Shown one piece after another: positions 36,973 to 46,188 of a DNA stretch of 64,000 nucleotides. Numbering within the stretch: the first letter of the stretch is position 1; each line of letters begins with the position of its first letter. The notes beneath the pieces were generated by a model that was not told where the DNA came from, did not search any database, and worked only from the letters and a program-made list of their open reading frames with translations. The position numbers were made by a program, and so were the translations under genes. This DNA is from Armatimonadota bacterium (GTDB lineage Bacteria; Armatimonadota; SYMT01). Location: NCBI GenBank assembly GCA_041690135.1, contig JAWLHY010000002.1, positions 96,001 to 160,000 on the forward strand, given 5' to 3'.

Positions 36973-39898
36973 AGAGAAACTCGTTGGAGCTGAGAAGCTG
37001 TTGACAGAGATTCGTCAGGGCCGCCGGTTCGGCCTTCTCAGCGCCGACGGCACCTCGCAGCAGATCGTGCTGCTTGCGGACAAACTGGAGCGCGGCCGCC
37101 GACTCTTCCGCCGTGACCGGCCGGTTGTAGGCGATCTCCCAGGCTAGTGCGACCTGCTTCGCCAGGTCGCCGGGGGCCTCTTTCCGCAGGCGCTCGGCGA
37201 AGTGCCCCGCCTGTTTCAGCACGAAGTCGCTGTTCATCAACGTGAGGGCCTGCGGCGCCGAGTTCGTGGTGATCCGGCGCTCGCAGTTGACCGTCATCAC
37301 GGGAGCGTCGAAGGAGACCAGGAACGAGACCGGCATGCTCCGTCGCACCTGGAGGTAGAGGCTGCGCCGCGGCGAGTCATCCTTCGCGGAGACCTGTCCG
37401 ACGGTGTCTTCCACCAGCGGCACCGGCGGCCCGAACTGCGTGCGATCCAGCCGGCCGGCGACGGCCAGCATCCGGTCGCGCAGGGCCTCCGCATCCAACC
37501 GCCGCACCGGGTACCGGCTGTAGAGCGACCCATCGGAGTCCACGGCCCGCTTCCGGGCATCCGCAACGGAAGCCTGGCGGTAGACGGTGGAGGTCATGAT
37601 GAGACGGTGGAGAGCCTTAAGGGACCAGCCCAGGCCCTCGGCGGGGCCAGCGGTTGGGGGCTGGGGGCCGCCGGACCTGAAGGATGAAGGATGAAGGATG
37701 AAGGATGAACCCTGGGAGCCAGAAGTCGCTGCGGTCGACGGGGAGCCCGTTTCCCCGGCCCCTGGCCCCTGGCCCCTGGCCCCAGTTGCGAACACAGATG
37801 CGAGATAGTCCAGCAACTCCGGATGGGTAGGCAGTGTGCCGAGCTTGCCGAACTCGCCGGGGGTGTCGACGATGCCGCGGCCGAAGTGGTTGAGCCACAC
37901 GCGGTTGACGAGCACGCGGCTCAGAAGCGGGTGCCGGCCGGAGGTGAGGTGGCGCGCCCAGGCAAGGCGGCGGCCGGTGGTCGGCAGGCTGGGATCGTCC
38001 GCCGGGATGTCGACGCGCGCGCCTTCCGGGGCGGCGATTGTCAGGTCTCCCGGAGCGATTGCCTCCTTCGGCGCGCGGTAGTCGCCGCGGTAGAAGAGGC
38101 GGGTCACCGGCACCTGTCCCGGCTCCTCCGTGAGGATGCTGATAAAGTCTTCCAGCGGCCGCTGCGCGCGCTTGGCGGCGATGGCCGCCTGGTCTGCCTT
38201 CAATTCGTCCGCCGCCTTCTGGTTGTACTGGTAGAGCACGCCCGGGGTGATCAGTAGCTTGGGATTCGTGGCGATCAACTGCTTCTGCTCGGCGTTCCGT
38301 TTGTCGGCCGGGGTCTTGAGGGCTTCCCGCAGCTTTTCGCGGAGGGTCGGCTCGAACTTCTGCAGCTCTACCTCCAGCGCCTCGGCCACGTACCGGGCCT
38401 GCTTCTCGTTGAAGGCAGCCTGGAGCTTCTGCGCTTCGGCCTCCACCACGGCGGCCTTGGCCCGCTCTTCATCCGTGTAAAGGGAGTGGAGACGTTGGGC
38501 CGGTGTGCGCCACCGGGCCGGGTTGAGTGACGGCTCGAAGATGGCCCGCAGCCGGAAGTAGTCGGACTGCGGGATCGGGTCGTAGCGGTGGTCGTGGCAC
38601 TGGGCGCAGCCGACGGAGAGGCCCAGCAGGCTGGAGCTGACGATCTTGAGCGTATCGTTGACCACCTGGTTGGTGGCGGCGGGATCGTTTCCCGTGCCAT
38701 CCACGGCGTTCCGCAGGAAGCCGGTAGCCACCAGTTTCTCAATCTGGTCCGGCTTCAGGTTGGCCCAGGGGCGCGGCACCAGCTCGTCTCCCGCAAGTTG
38801 CTCGGTAAGGAACTGGTCGAACGGCTTATCCGCGTTCAGAGAGCGGATGACATAGTCCCGGTACTTGTAGGCGTAATTGCGGGGAGTATCGTTGCTGCCG
38901 TTGCCGTCGGAGTCGGCATAGCCCGCCACATCCAGCCAGTGCCGGCCCCAGCGCTCCCCGTAATGCGGGGAAGCCAGCAGCCGATCGATCATCCGCTCGT
39001 AAGCCTTTGAAGGTTCCGGTTCGGGACAGGCGGAGCCACAGATTTCACAGATTGCCGGGCTAGCCGGAGATGCTCCGGAACTCTTACTCCTACTCCTACT
39101 CCTACTTCCCTCCCCGGCCGCGGTCGCGGCGATCCGGAGGTGTGCTTCCTTCTCCGCCTCGCAATCCTTAAGATACGTCTCCACTTCTTCCGAAGACGGG
39201 GGAAGCCCGGTGAGATCGAAGGCGGCGCGGCGGACCAACGTGAGCGGGTCCGCGTCCGGCGCGAAGGAGAGGCCTTTCTCCCGCAGCTTCTGGAGCACGA
39301 AGGCGTCGATGGGGGTCCGCACCCGGTCCGCGGCCTTGAACTTCGGCGGCTCGGGGCGGCGAAGGGGCTGGAAGAACCAGTAGGCGCGCTCTTCCGGGGT
39401 AATGTCCATTCCCGGTGGTAGTTGTTCCGGCTCGACCCGGCGCGTGGGCGCCCCGGCGGCGATCCACTTCTCGATCACGGCGATCTGCTCGGCCGGGACC
39501 TTCTTCCCCACCGGCGGCATGTCGCCCGCTTTCACCCGCAGCAGCAGTACACTCTGTGCCGGTTGATGGGGGATGAGGCCGGGGCCGCTGTCGCCGCCCT
39601 TCGCGATGAACCGGCGCAGGCGCAGGTCGAGGTTGCCTTCCACCTTCTCGCCGCCGTGGCAGTCGATGCAGTACGCCTTCAGGATGGGCCGGACGTCGTG
39701 CTCGTAGCTGAGGGTGGGCACCGCGGCCTTGACCGTCTTCGCTTCCTTTGCAGTTGCCGGTTTCTTGACCGCGGGCTTTCGCACGGTGCTTTTCCGCGCC
39801 GCTGGCCGGCGGGCCGCGGTGGCCTGGCCGGCGGTGACCCCGCCGGCCAGGGTCAGGCCGCAGAGCGAAAGGGCTACAAGTTGGGGGCGGGGACGCAT
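36962..39898 (-). CDS. Planctomycete cytochrome c / DUF1549 / DUF1553 (PSD1) protein with two in-frame insertions
   Basis: CIDCH, YGERWGRHWLDVAGYADS, CAQCHDH, VNRVWLNHFGRGIV, QALTLMNS. Confidence 0.93.
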   Translation of the reverse strand: MRPRPQLVALSLCGLTLAGGVTAGQATAARRPAARKSTVRKPAVKKPATAKEAKTVKAAVPTLSYEHDVRPILKAYCIDCHGGEKVEGNLDLRLRRFIAKGGDSGPGLIPHQPAQSVLLLRVKAGDMPPVGKKVPAEQIAVIEKWIAAGAPTRRVEPEQLPPGMDITPEERAYWFFQPLRRPEPPKFKAADRVRTPIDAFVLQKLREKGLSFAPDADPLTLVRRAAFDLTGLPPSSEEVETYLKDCEAEKEAHLRIAATAAGEGSRSRSRSKSSGASPASPAICEICGSACPEPEPSKAYERMIDRLLASPHYGERWGRHWLDVAGYADSDGNGSNDTPRNYAYKYRDYVIRSLNADKPFDQFLTEQLAGDELVPRPWANLKPDQIEKLVATGFLRNAVDGTGNDPAATNQVVNDTLKIVSSSLLGLSVGCAQCHDHRYDPIPQSDYFRLRAIFEPSLNPARWRTPAQRLHSLYTDEERAKAAVVEAEAQKLQAAFNEKQARYVAEALEVELQKFEPTLREKLREALKTPADKRNAEQKQLIATNPKLLITPGVLYQYNQKAADELKADQAAIAAKRAQRPLEDFISILTEEPGQVPVTRLFYRGDYRAPKEAIAPGDLTIAAPEGARVDIPADDPSLPTTGRRLAWARHLTSGRHPLLSRVLVNRVWLNHFGRGIVDTPGEFGKLGTLPTHPELLDYLASVFATGARGQGPGAGETGSPSTAATSGSQGSSFILHPSSFRSGGPQPPTAGPAEGLGWSLKALHRLIMTSTVYRQASVADARKRAVDSDGSLYSRYPVRRLDAEALRDRMLAVAGRLDRTQFGPPVPLVEDTVGQVSAKDDSPRRSLYLQVRRSMPVSFLVSFDAPVMTVNCERRITTNSAPQALTLMNSDFVLKQAGHFAERLRKEAPGDLAKQVALAWEIAYNRPVTAEESAAALQFVRKQHDLLRGAVGAEKAEPAALTNLCQQLLSSNEFLYVD

Positions 39899-40143
39899 CG
39901 CGCACTCCTACAGATCGGCCGGCAAACGATTACCGGAGGGATGAGACACCCGTCGTGGTGCTTTGTGGGTTGAGATTCTCGGGCGTTGGGCGGCCAATTA
40001 CAACGAATGGTGCAATTGTCACCTAAGGGCTAGCTAAGGACAGTACAGCAAAGGAGCGATCCTTCGTCTGATCTAACGGAATTGCTGCCCACGACGCTAA
40101 AACCATGCAGCAGCCAACCAACCTTCGTAAGAAAGGAAAGCCT

Positions 40144-40857
40144 ATGTTCGTTCGCTCACCACGCGCCAGAGGGTTCACCCTGATCGAACTCCTCGTGGTC
40201 ATAGCCATCATCGCTATCCTTGCAGCTATCCTCTTCCCCGTGTTCGCCCGTGCCCGCGAAGCCGCCCGAGCAGCAAACTGTAAGAGCAATCTCAAGCAGC
40301 TTGGGATCGGGATGAACATGTACGTCCAAGATTTTGACGAGGTCTATCCCCATTGGGCCTTTCAGTTCATGGGCACAACCCTTCCGACAGGTTCCCCTAC
40401 GGGCAACGGTGCCACCCAGAATGCTCTCTGGTTCCACATGCTGCATCCGTACATCAAGAATGTCGGGGTGTTTAACTGTCCCAGTAGTACGCCGAGTCCG
40501 GTGGGACGTTATACCGGACAGTACACCGGGACCCTCTCCTACGGGTACAACTATAACGGAGGCAGCCGGGCTACTTCGCACGGCGGTTGCGCGGCAAACT
40601 GTGGAGTCAATATCCCCCTCAGTTCCATGGCCGCCATCGAGGATGTTTCTGGGACGATCCTGATGACTGACGCCAACTACTACGTCACCAGCCCCGGAGA
40701 CGGGACTGCCGACTATGCCAACCGTGTTCGCGCGGCGCACAACGAGATGACGAACGTGGTCTACATCGACGGCCATGTCAAGGCGGTGAAATACAACACC
40801 ATCGTCGCCCCGATCACCTCGGGCGCCTACAAGGCCTGGACCACCAGTCTCGACTGA
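40144..40857 (+). CDS. Prepilin N-terminal methylation / DUF1559 / H-X9-DG protein
   Basis: [30 protein letters not shown]; CKSNLKQ; [13 protein letters not shown]. Confidence 0.92.
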   Translation: MFVRSPRARGFTLIELLVVIAIIAILAAILFPVFARAREAARAANCKSNLKQLGIGMNMYVQDFDEVYPHWAFQFMGTTLPTGSPTGNGATQNALWFHMLHPYIKNVGVFNCPSSTPSPVGRYTGQYTGTLSYGYNYNGGSRATSHGGCAANCGVNIPLSSMAAIEDVSGTILMTDANYYVTSPGDGTADYANRVRAAHNEMTNVVYIDGHVKAVKYNTIVAPITSGAYKAWTTSLD

Positions 40858-40978
40858 GCCCAGGCAACTGGTATTCCCGCCGTAGGGTGCCGAGGACGGA
40901 GCGGAAGGTAGCGGTTTCGAGGCTGATTTGAGGCCGCTACCGCAGGGCTCTGGAGTCGGCCCCTGCGGCACTTTTGCT

Positions 40979-41140
40979 TAGTACTACAGCCGCAGTTCAC
41001 TGTGCGGAGCGGATGGGTGAGGTGATTCCAGTCGGCGAAGGTTTACACCCGGGTACCCGCTTGCGGGTGTGGGTGCCGACTTAGAGCTTTTTCAGCTTGC
41101 GACTTTGAGCCGCCTAACTAAAAGTGCGGCTGTAGTATTA
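40979..41140. mobile_element. REPIN/MITE-like element with 16-bp inverted ends
   Basis: TAGTACTACAGCCGCA / TGCGGCTGTAGTATTA ends containing GTAG; internal hairpin carries a nested micro-insertion. Confidence 0.55.
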
Positions 41141-41402
41141 GAGCTCGCTGCCGAGTTAGAGGGGGACTCCAGACGGACCAATGATGCACACACGTCGGGC
41201 CTTGCACTAGGAAGATGTGCCTTGGAAGGAGAGGTCTGTTGTTCGGGGCATTCACCCGGTGGCTTGACTACCTTAGGTGCAGGAAACCGCAGCCTAACCC
41301 GTAGCCTTACCGTCACAATTTCGCAAAATAATGTGGCGAAACGCCAAAGCTAGCGCTACACTCTAGTCATCCCTGGCGGGTCTCTTGACGAAAGGAGATA
41401 CC

Positions 41403-42119
41403 ATGACGGCACGTTTCCCTAGAAGGCGAGCATTTACCCTTATCGAACTGCTCGTAGTGATCGCTATCATCGCTATCCTTGCAGCCATCTTGTTCCCCGT
41501 CTTCGCTCGAGCCCGCGAGGCCGCTCGTGCCACCAGTTGTAAGAGCAACCTCAAGCAGATCTCTCTGGCGTACAACATGTATATTCAGGATGCCGACGAG
41601 GTGATTCCGCTCCACGCGTTCGCTAATATGGGCACCACGTTGCCGACCGGGTTTCCCACCGGGAACGGCGCTACCCAGAACTCCCTGTGGTTCCACATCC
41701 TGCATCCTTACGTGAAGAACGTGGGTCTCTTCAACTGTCCCAGCACCGTCCCGAGCCCGATCGCTCGCTACAACGGTCAGTATACGGGTAATCTCTCCTA
41801 TGGCTTTAACTACGATGGTGGAACCGCATCCATTGATGCCGCCCGGGGAGGTTGCCCCGGCAACTGCGGGGTGAACCTTCGCAATGCCGCACTGGCCGCG
41901 GTTGAGGATGTAGCCGGAACCGTTATGGTGACGGACTCCACCTATTACGTGACGGGTCCCGGACCCGGAAACGCTCTCTACTCGGATCGGGTCCGCGCCG
42001 CACACAACGAAATGGTGAACGTGGCCTACGTGGACGGTCATGTCAAGGCGGTGAAGTACAATACCCTCGTGGGACCTCCGGGCACGGCTTACAAGCCGTG
42101 GACCACCACCCTCGACTGA
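41403..42119 (+). CDS. Prepilin N-terminal methylation / DUF1559 / H-X9-DG protein (tandem paralog)
   Basis: Same motifs; collinear with and visibly very similar to 40144-40857. Confidence 0.92.
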   Translation: MTARFPRRRAFTLIELLVVIAIIAILAAILFPVFARAREAARATSCKSNLKQISLAYNMYIQDADEVIPLHAFANMGTTLPTGFPTGNGATQNSLWFHILHPYVKNVGLFNCPSTVPSPIARYNGQYTGNLSYGFNYDGGTASIDAARGGCPGNCGVNLRNAALAAVEDVAGTVMVTDSTYYVTGPGPGNALYSDRVRAAHNEMVNVAYVDGHVKAVKYNTLVGPPGTAYKPWTTTLD

Positions 42120-42287
42120 GCAGGTTGTAAATGGGCAGCGAGTCGAAAGACGGCGTCCCGGTTTCGGGTCATCCGCTCTCTTTCGGCTCGCTTCCCTTTG
42201 TTATGGGCCTTCCGGAAGCCACCCCCTCCCAACTTAACGGAGCTTAACGGAGACGCGCATAGAGCCCCCTTCCCGGCTGCGGCCCCT

Positions 42288-44303
42288 CTACTTCGCCTTT
42301 CCTGGCTGAAGGTGCTGCTCGAACCAGTCCAGGTTGGTGTTCATCACCTTGAGCAACATCTTGGGCTCGCTGGGGCCGTGGGCCTGGCGGGGGAGGACCA
42401 GCATGCGGACCGGAACGCCGCGTTTCTTGAGGGCCGTGTAGAGCTCGAAGCTCTGGGTGATCGGCACGCGGCGGTCCAGCTCCCCGTGCTGGATCAACGT
42501 GGGGGTCCTCACCTTCGCCGCATGAAAGAGGGGCGAGCGGTCCAGGTAGATCCGGGCGAGTTGGGGATCATCCCAGGGCCAGGCGCCGAAGTAGCCGAGG
42601 CGCTGGGTGGGGATATCGGTGGTGCCGGTCTGGCTCACCAGGTTGGAGACTCCGGCGCCCAGAGAAGCCGCCTTGAACCGGTCGGTCTGGGTAATGGTCC
42701 AGCCAGTGAGATAACCGCCGTAGCTCCAGCCCATAATCCCCAGGCGCTCGGGATCCGCGACCCCCTGCTTCACCAGGTGGTCGACGCCCGCCATCAGGTC
42801 GCGGTAGTCGGCGCCGCCCCAGTCCCGGTAGTTCTGGTCCTGGAACTTCGCGCCGTACCCGATGGAGCCGCGAGGATTGGGCTGCAGCACCGCGAAGCCG
42901 CGGGCCGCGAAGGCCGCCGTGGGGTAGAGGGTCGGCCGGGCGAGATACTGCTGGCTGAAGGCGCCGGCGGGACCGCCGTGGATTTGCAGCAGCAGCGGCA
43001 CCCGGGTTCCCGGTGTGTAGCCGGCCGGGTATGTGAGCAGTCCCTCGACCTCCCACTCGCCGTCCGATTTCCAGCGGACCACCTCCGTCTTCCCCATTGG
43101 GAGTTCCGGTAGGTGAGTGTTGGCGCGGGTAACCCGCCGCAGGCTGAAGGGTGCGGCGGGACTGAGGGCCGCTTCGGGCGCCTGGGTAGAGCCCTCCGAC
43201 ACGCAGCCGAACCATTTCCGGGAAGGGTCCAGGGTGACCCCGGAAAGATACTCGCCGCCCTCATTAACGGTCCGGATCGCCCCGGTCTCGACCGCCATCG
43301 CGTAGATGCGGACGAGGGTACCCCGGTGCTCCCAAAAGTAGAGCTCTTTTCCGTCCGCCGACCACCCGATCAGCGTGGGGCGGGAGTCGGGGGTCTCGGG
43401 TAAGGTGCGAGGCGCGCCGCCTCCGACCGGGAAGAGCTGCAGGCGGCTCCGCTGCGTGTAGCGGGGCGGCTCCCCACTGGCGACCAGCGCGATCCACTTT
43501 CCATCGGGCGAATACCGGGCTTCTGCTTCCACCACTGGGGTGGCGGCTATGTCGCGGAACACACCGGTCTCCACCTCCACCGCCACCACATCCGAGCTCC
43601 AGCCATCGTCCGGGCGGGGCGTGGGAGTGCGGGTGAAGACAATGGTCTTGCCGTCAGGCGACCAGTCGAGCTGCGGCCCCACGTTGAACTCCGCCGGGGT
43701 GAGCGGTCGAGCTTCCCTTTTGCCGTCCGCTCCCGGCGCCAACGAGAGCACGTAAAGGCGGTTCTGAGCGACCTCTTCACCCACCCAGTAGGCATCGTCC
43801 TTCTCCCGGATCGCCTTCAGCCGTTCCTCGGAAGCCGCTTCCGGCGACGTGTAGGCGATGCGTGTGCCATCGGGCGACCAGGCATAGGCGGCGACCCCGC
43901 CGGGCACCTCCGTGAGGCGCTCCGAGGGCTTGCCGTCCAAACGGGAGAGAAAGAGCTGGCGGGCGTAGATGAAGGCCAGACCCGAGCCATCCGGCGCCCA
44001 CTGCGGATCGGAAGCGGAGCGCTCCGGCCGGGTGAGCGGCCGGATCTTTTCTCCGTCGGCACCCGACAGGAAGATCCGGGTGATGTTCTCGCTGCGCTCG
44101 GGCGTCATCACCGCCTCTGTGACGGTGTAGGCGACCTGCTGCCCATCCGGCGAGGGCCGCACGCTGCCGAGGCGCCGGACCTTCATCATCAATTCCGGCG
44201 TCCACGCCGTGGGCGCCGCCGCCTGGGACTGGACACCCACCGGCGCACAGAAAGCCCCGGCGAGGGTGAAAAGCGTTATGAGAGAGCGGGAAGGATGGGT
44301 CAT
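42288..44303 (-). CDS. S9 family peptidase (acylaminoacyl/dipeptidyl)
   Basis: PD40 repeats, IHGGP, GWSYGG, HGELDRRVP, catalytic His; signal peptide. Confidence 0.93.
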   Translation of the reverse strand: MTHPSRSLITLFTLAGAFCAPVGVQSQAAAPTAWTPELMMKVRRLGSVRPSPDGQQVAYTVTEAVMTPERSENITRIFLSGADGEKIRPLTRPERSASDPQWAPDGSGLAFIYARQLFLSRLDGKPSERLTEVPGGVAAYAWSPDGTRIAYTSPEAASEERLKAIREKDDAYWVGEEVAQNRLYVLSLAPGADGKREARPLTPAEFNVGPQLDWSPDGKTIVFTRTPTPRPDDGWSSDVVAVEVETGVFRDIAATPVVEAEARYSPDGKWIALVASGEPPRYTQRSRLQLFPVGGGAPRTLPETPDSRPTLIGWSADGKELYFWEHRGTLVRIYAMAVETGAIRTVNEGGEYLSGVTLDPSRKWFGCVSEGSTQAPEAALSPAAPFSLRRVTRANTHLPELPMGKTEVVRWKSDGEWEVEGLLTYPAGYTPGTRVPLLLQIHGGPAGAFSQQYLARPTLYPTAAFAARGFAVLQPNPRGSIGYGAKFQDQNYRDWGGADYRDLMAGVDHLVKQGVADPERLGIMGWSYGGYLTGWTITQTDRFKAASLGAGVSNLVSQTGTTDIPTQRLGYFGAWPWDDPQLARIYLDRSPLFHAAKVRTPTLIQHGELDRRVPITQSFELYTALKKRGVPVRMLVLPRQAHGPSEPKMLLKVMNTNLDWFEQHLQPGKAK

Positions 44304-44440
44304 GGTGATTGTGAAGCGATGGGCCGGGCATTACCGCCATTACGCCGGGAGAAGGGAAAGGCTTAGTGAAAATACGGTAAGGTACTCGATGGTGTTCGAC
44401 CCTGGCTGATGAGAATCGGGTCGTCCCGAATCCGTCTTTG

Positions 44441-44762
44441 CGTGGGGCTGAACCCGCGCTCCGGAACGGCACCGTCACCGCACCCCCTCGGGGCGTACCG
44501 TGCATCCGGACTCTCGCAGGGCTGAACCCCTGCGCTTCGGAACCGCACTGTGCCCGCACCCCCTCGGGGCGTAAACCTCCGCGGGCACATCTTACGCTCA
44601 TAGTTCACAGCCAGTTCCAGATGCTCGCTGACGCATTCTAACCTGCACCTGGATTACGGCCGCCGGACGGGGTACGCGCCGGGCGCCCACGGAGGTGGGC
44701 AGCGTGCATTTCCAAAGCCCGGCCGTTCAGGGCCGGGGATGGTTCCTCGCCCGTTCAGGGGC
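44441..44762. repeat. Composite REP-like element, copy 1
   Basis: CGCAGGGCTGAACCCCTGCG hairpins; GGGCAGCGTGCATTTCCAAAGCCCG block shared with 55697-56025. Confidence 0.8.
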
Positions 44763-46188
44763 GGGAAGGATTCCGCAGGCGGATCGCCTCGGAATACAGG
44801 TCGGCGTACAGGGCAGCCGAGCGGTCCCACGAGAAGTCGCTGCGCATGCCGTTTTGCTGGAGAGCGTGCCACTGGTCGGGGTGGCGGTACACGGCCAGGG
44901 CACGGCCGACGGCGGCGCGCAGGGCCTCTTCCCGGTACTCCCAGAACACGAACCCGGTGCGCGGGTCGCCGGGGAGGCCCTCTTCCACCGTATCCGCCAG
45001 GCCGCCGGTGGCGCGGACCACGGGAACCGTGCCGTAGCGCATCGCCATCATCTGGCTAAGACCGCAGGGCTCGAAGCGGGAGGGCATCAGGAAGAGGTCG
45101 CAGCCGGCGTAGATCCGCTGCGCCAGGGCCGCGTCGAAGGTGAGCCACGCGCGCAGGCGGTCCGGGTAGCGGTGCTGGAGCTGGTTGAGCAGGTGGTGAT
45201 ACTGCGGTTGCCCCGTGCCGAGGACGACCACCTGGAGCGGGTGCTCCTGGAGCAGGGTTTCCGCCGCTGCGGCAAAGAGGTCGAAGCCCTTCTGATCCAC
45301 CAGGCGGCCCACCATCCCGAGCAGGGGAATCTCGGGGTCCGGGGCGAAGCCGGCTTCCTGCTGGAGCGCCTCCTTGCAGAGGCGCTTTCCGCGCAGGTCC
45401 TCCGCGCTAAACCGGGCGGGCAGGTGGGGATCGGTGGTGGGGTCGTAAGTGGCCAGGTCGAGACCATTCAGCACGCCGTGAAGCCGGTCCTGCCGGGTGC
45501 GGAGCTGCGCGTCCATCCCTTCACCATACTCCGGGGTGAGGATCTCTCGGGCGTAGGTGGGGCTGACCGTGGTGATCAGGTCGGCGGTCCCGGCGCCGAG
45601 GGCGAGCAGGTTGACCCAGGGCTCGTGCACCCAGTGTGGCAGGAGACCCGCGGCGCCGTCCAGGCGGGCCCGGTCCGCCCAGCCCTGGTAGGCGAGGTTA
45701 TGGATCGTGAGCACGCTCGCGGCATCGAGGTAGAAAGAGCCGGCGCGACCTCCCTTGAGCATGGCGGGTGCCACGGCGGTGTGCCAGTCGTGGGCGTGGA
45801 CCACCTCCGCCTGCCAGCCCAGCGCCTCCATCCCGGCGAAGGCCCCGGCCGTGAAGAGCAGAAAGCGCCGCTGCTCGTCCGGCTGGTCGTACATGGTGGG
45901 GCGGTTGCCGAACAGCCAGGGAATCTCCACGAAGTAAACCGGCACCCCGTCCCGCTCCGTCCGCCGGAGGGAGGCCGCGATCACCTCGTGCCCGGCGGGG
46001 TAACGGTAGGAAGGCAGGACCGTCTCCAGACCCCACTGCTCCGGGTCGATCTGGCCATACCGGGGCATTACCACACGCACGTCATGCCCCAGCCGCCGGA
46101 GGGCCGCCGGGAGGGCGCCGGCCACGTCGGCGAGCCCCCCGGCCTTCGCAAACGGCGCCACTTCCGCCGCCAGGAAGAGCACCCTCAT
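44755..46188 (-). CDS. glgA: Glycogen synthase
   Basis: KAGGLADV, HAHDWH, TIHNLAYQG, PSRFEPCGLSQM, TGGLADTV. Confidence 0.97.
   Translation of the reverse strand: MRVLFLAAEVAPFAKAGGLADVAGALPAALRRLGHDVRVVMPRYGQIDPEQWGLETVLPSYRYPAGHEVIAASLRRTERDGVPVYFVEIPWLFGNRPTMYDQPDEQRRFLLFTAGAFAGMEALGWQAEVVHAHDWHTAVAPAMLKGGRAGSFYLDAASVLTIHNLAYQGWADRARLDGAAGLLPHWVHEPWVNLLALGAGTADLITTVSPTYAREILTPEYGEGMDAQLRTRQDRLHGVLNGLDLATYDPTTDPHLPARFSAEDLRGKRLCKEALQQEAGFAPDPEIPLLGMVGRLVDQKGFDLFAAAAETLLQEHPLQVVVLGTGQPQYHHLLNQLQHRYPDRLRAWLTFDAALAQRIYAGCDLFLMPSRFEPCGLSQMMAMRYGTVPVVRATGGLADTVEEGLPGDPRTGFVFWEYREEALRAAVGRALAVYRHPDQWHALQQNGMRSDFSWDRSAALYADLYSEAIRLRNPSRP

Noticed and set aside
39025-39053. CEICGSAC as a zinc- or heme-binding motif
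   Set aside because: It derives from the CACAGATTT repeat inside an insertion and is not CxxCH.
40040-40100. c-di-GMP-I riboswitch upstream of the pilin gene
   Set aside because: A small fold is present, but the GNRA P2 loop and GCAAA-receptor pattern do not match.
42232-42251. Direct repeat CTTAACGGAG x2
   Set aside because: A single 10-nt duplication between convergent genes with no further support.
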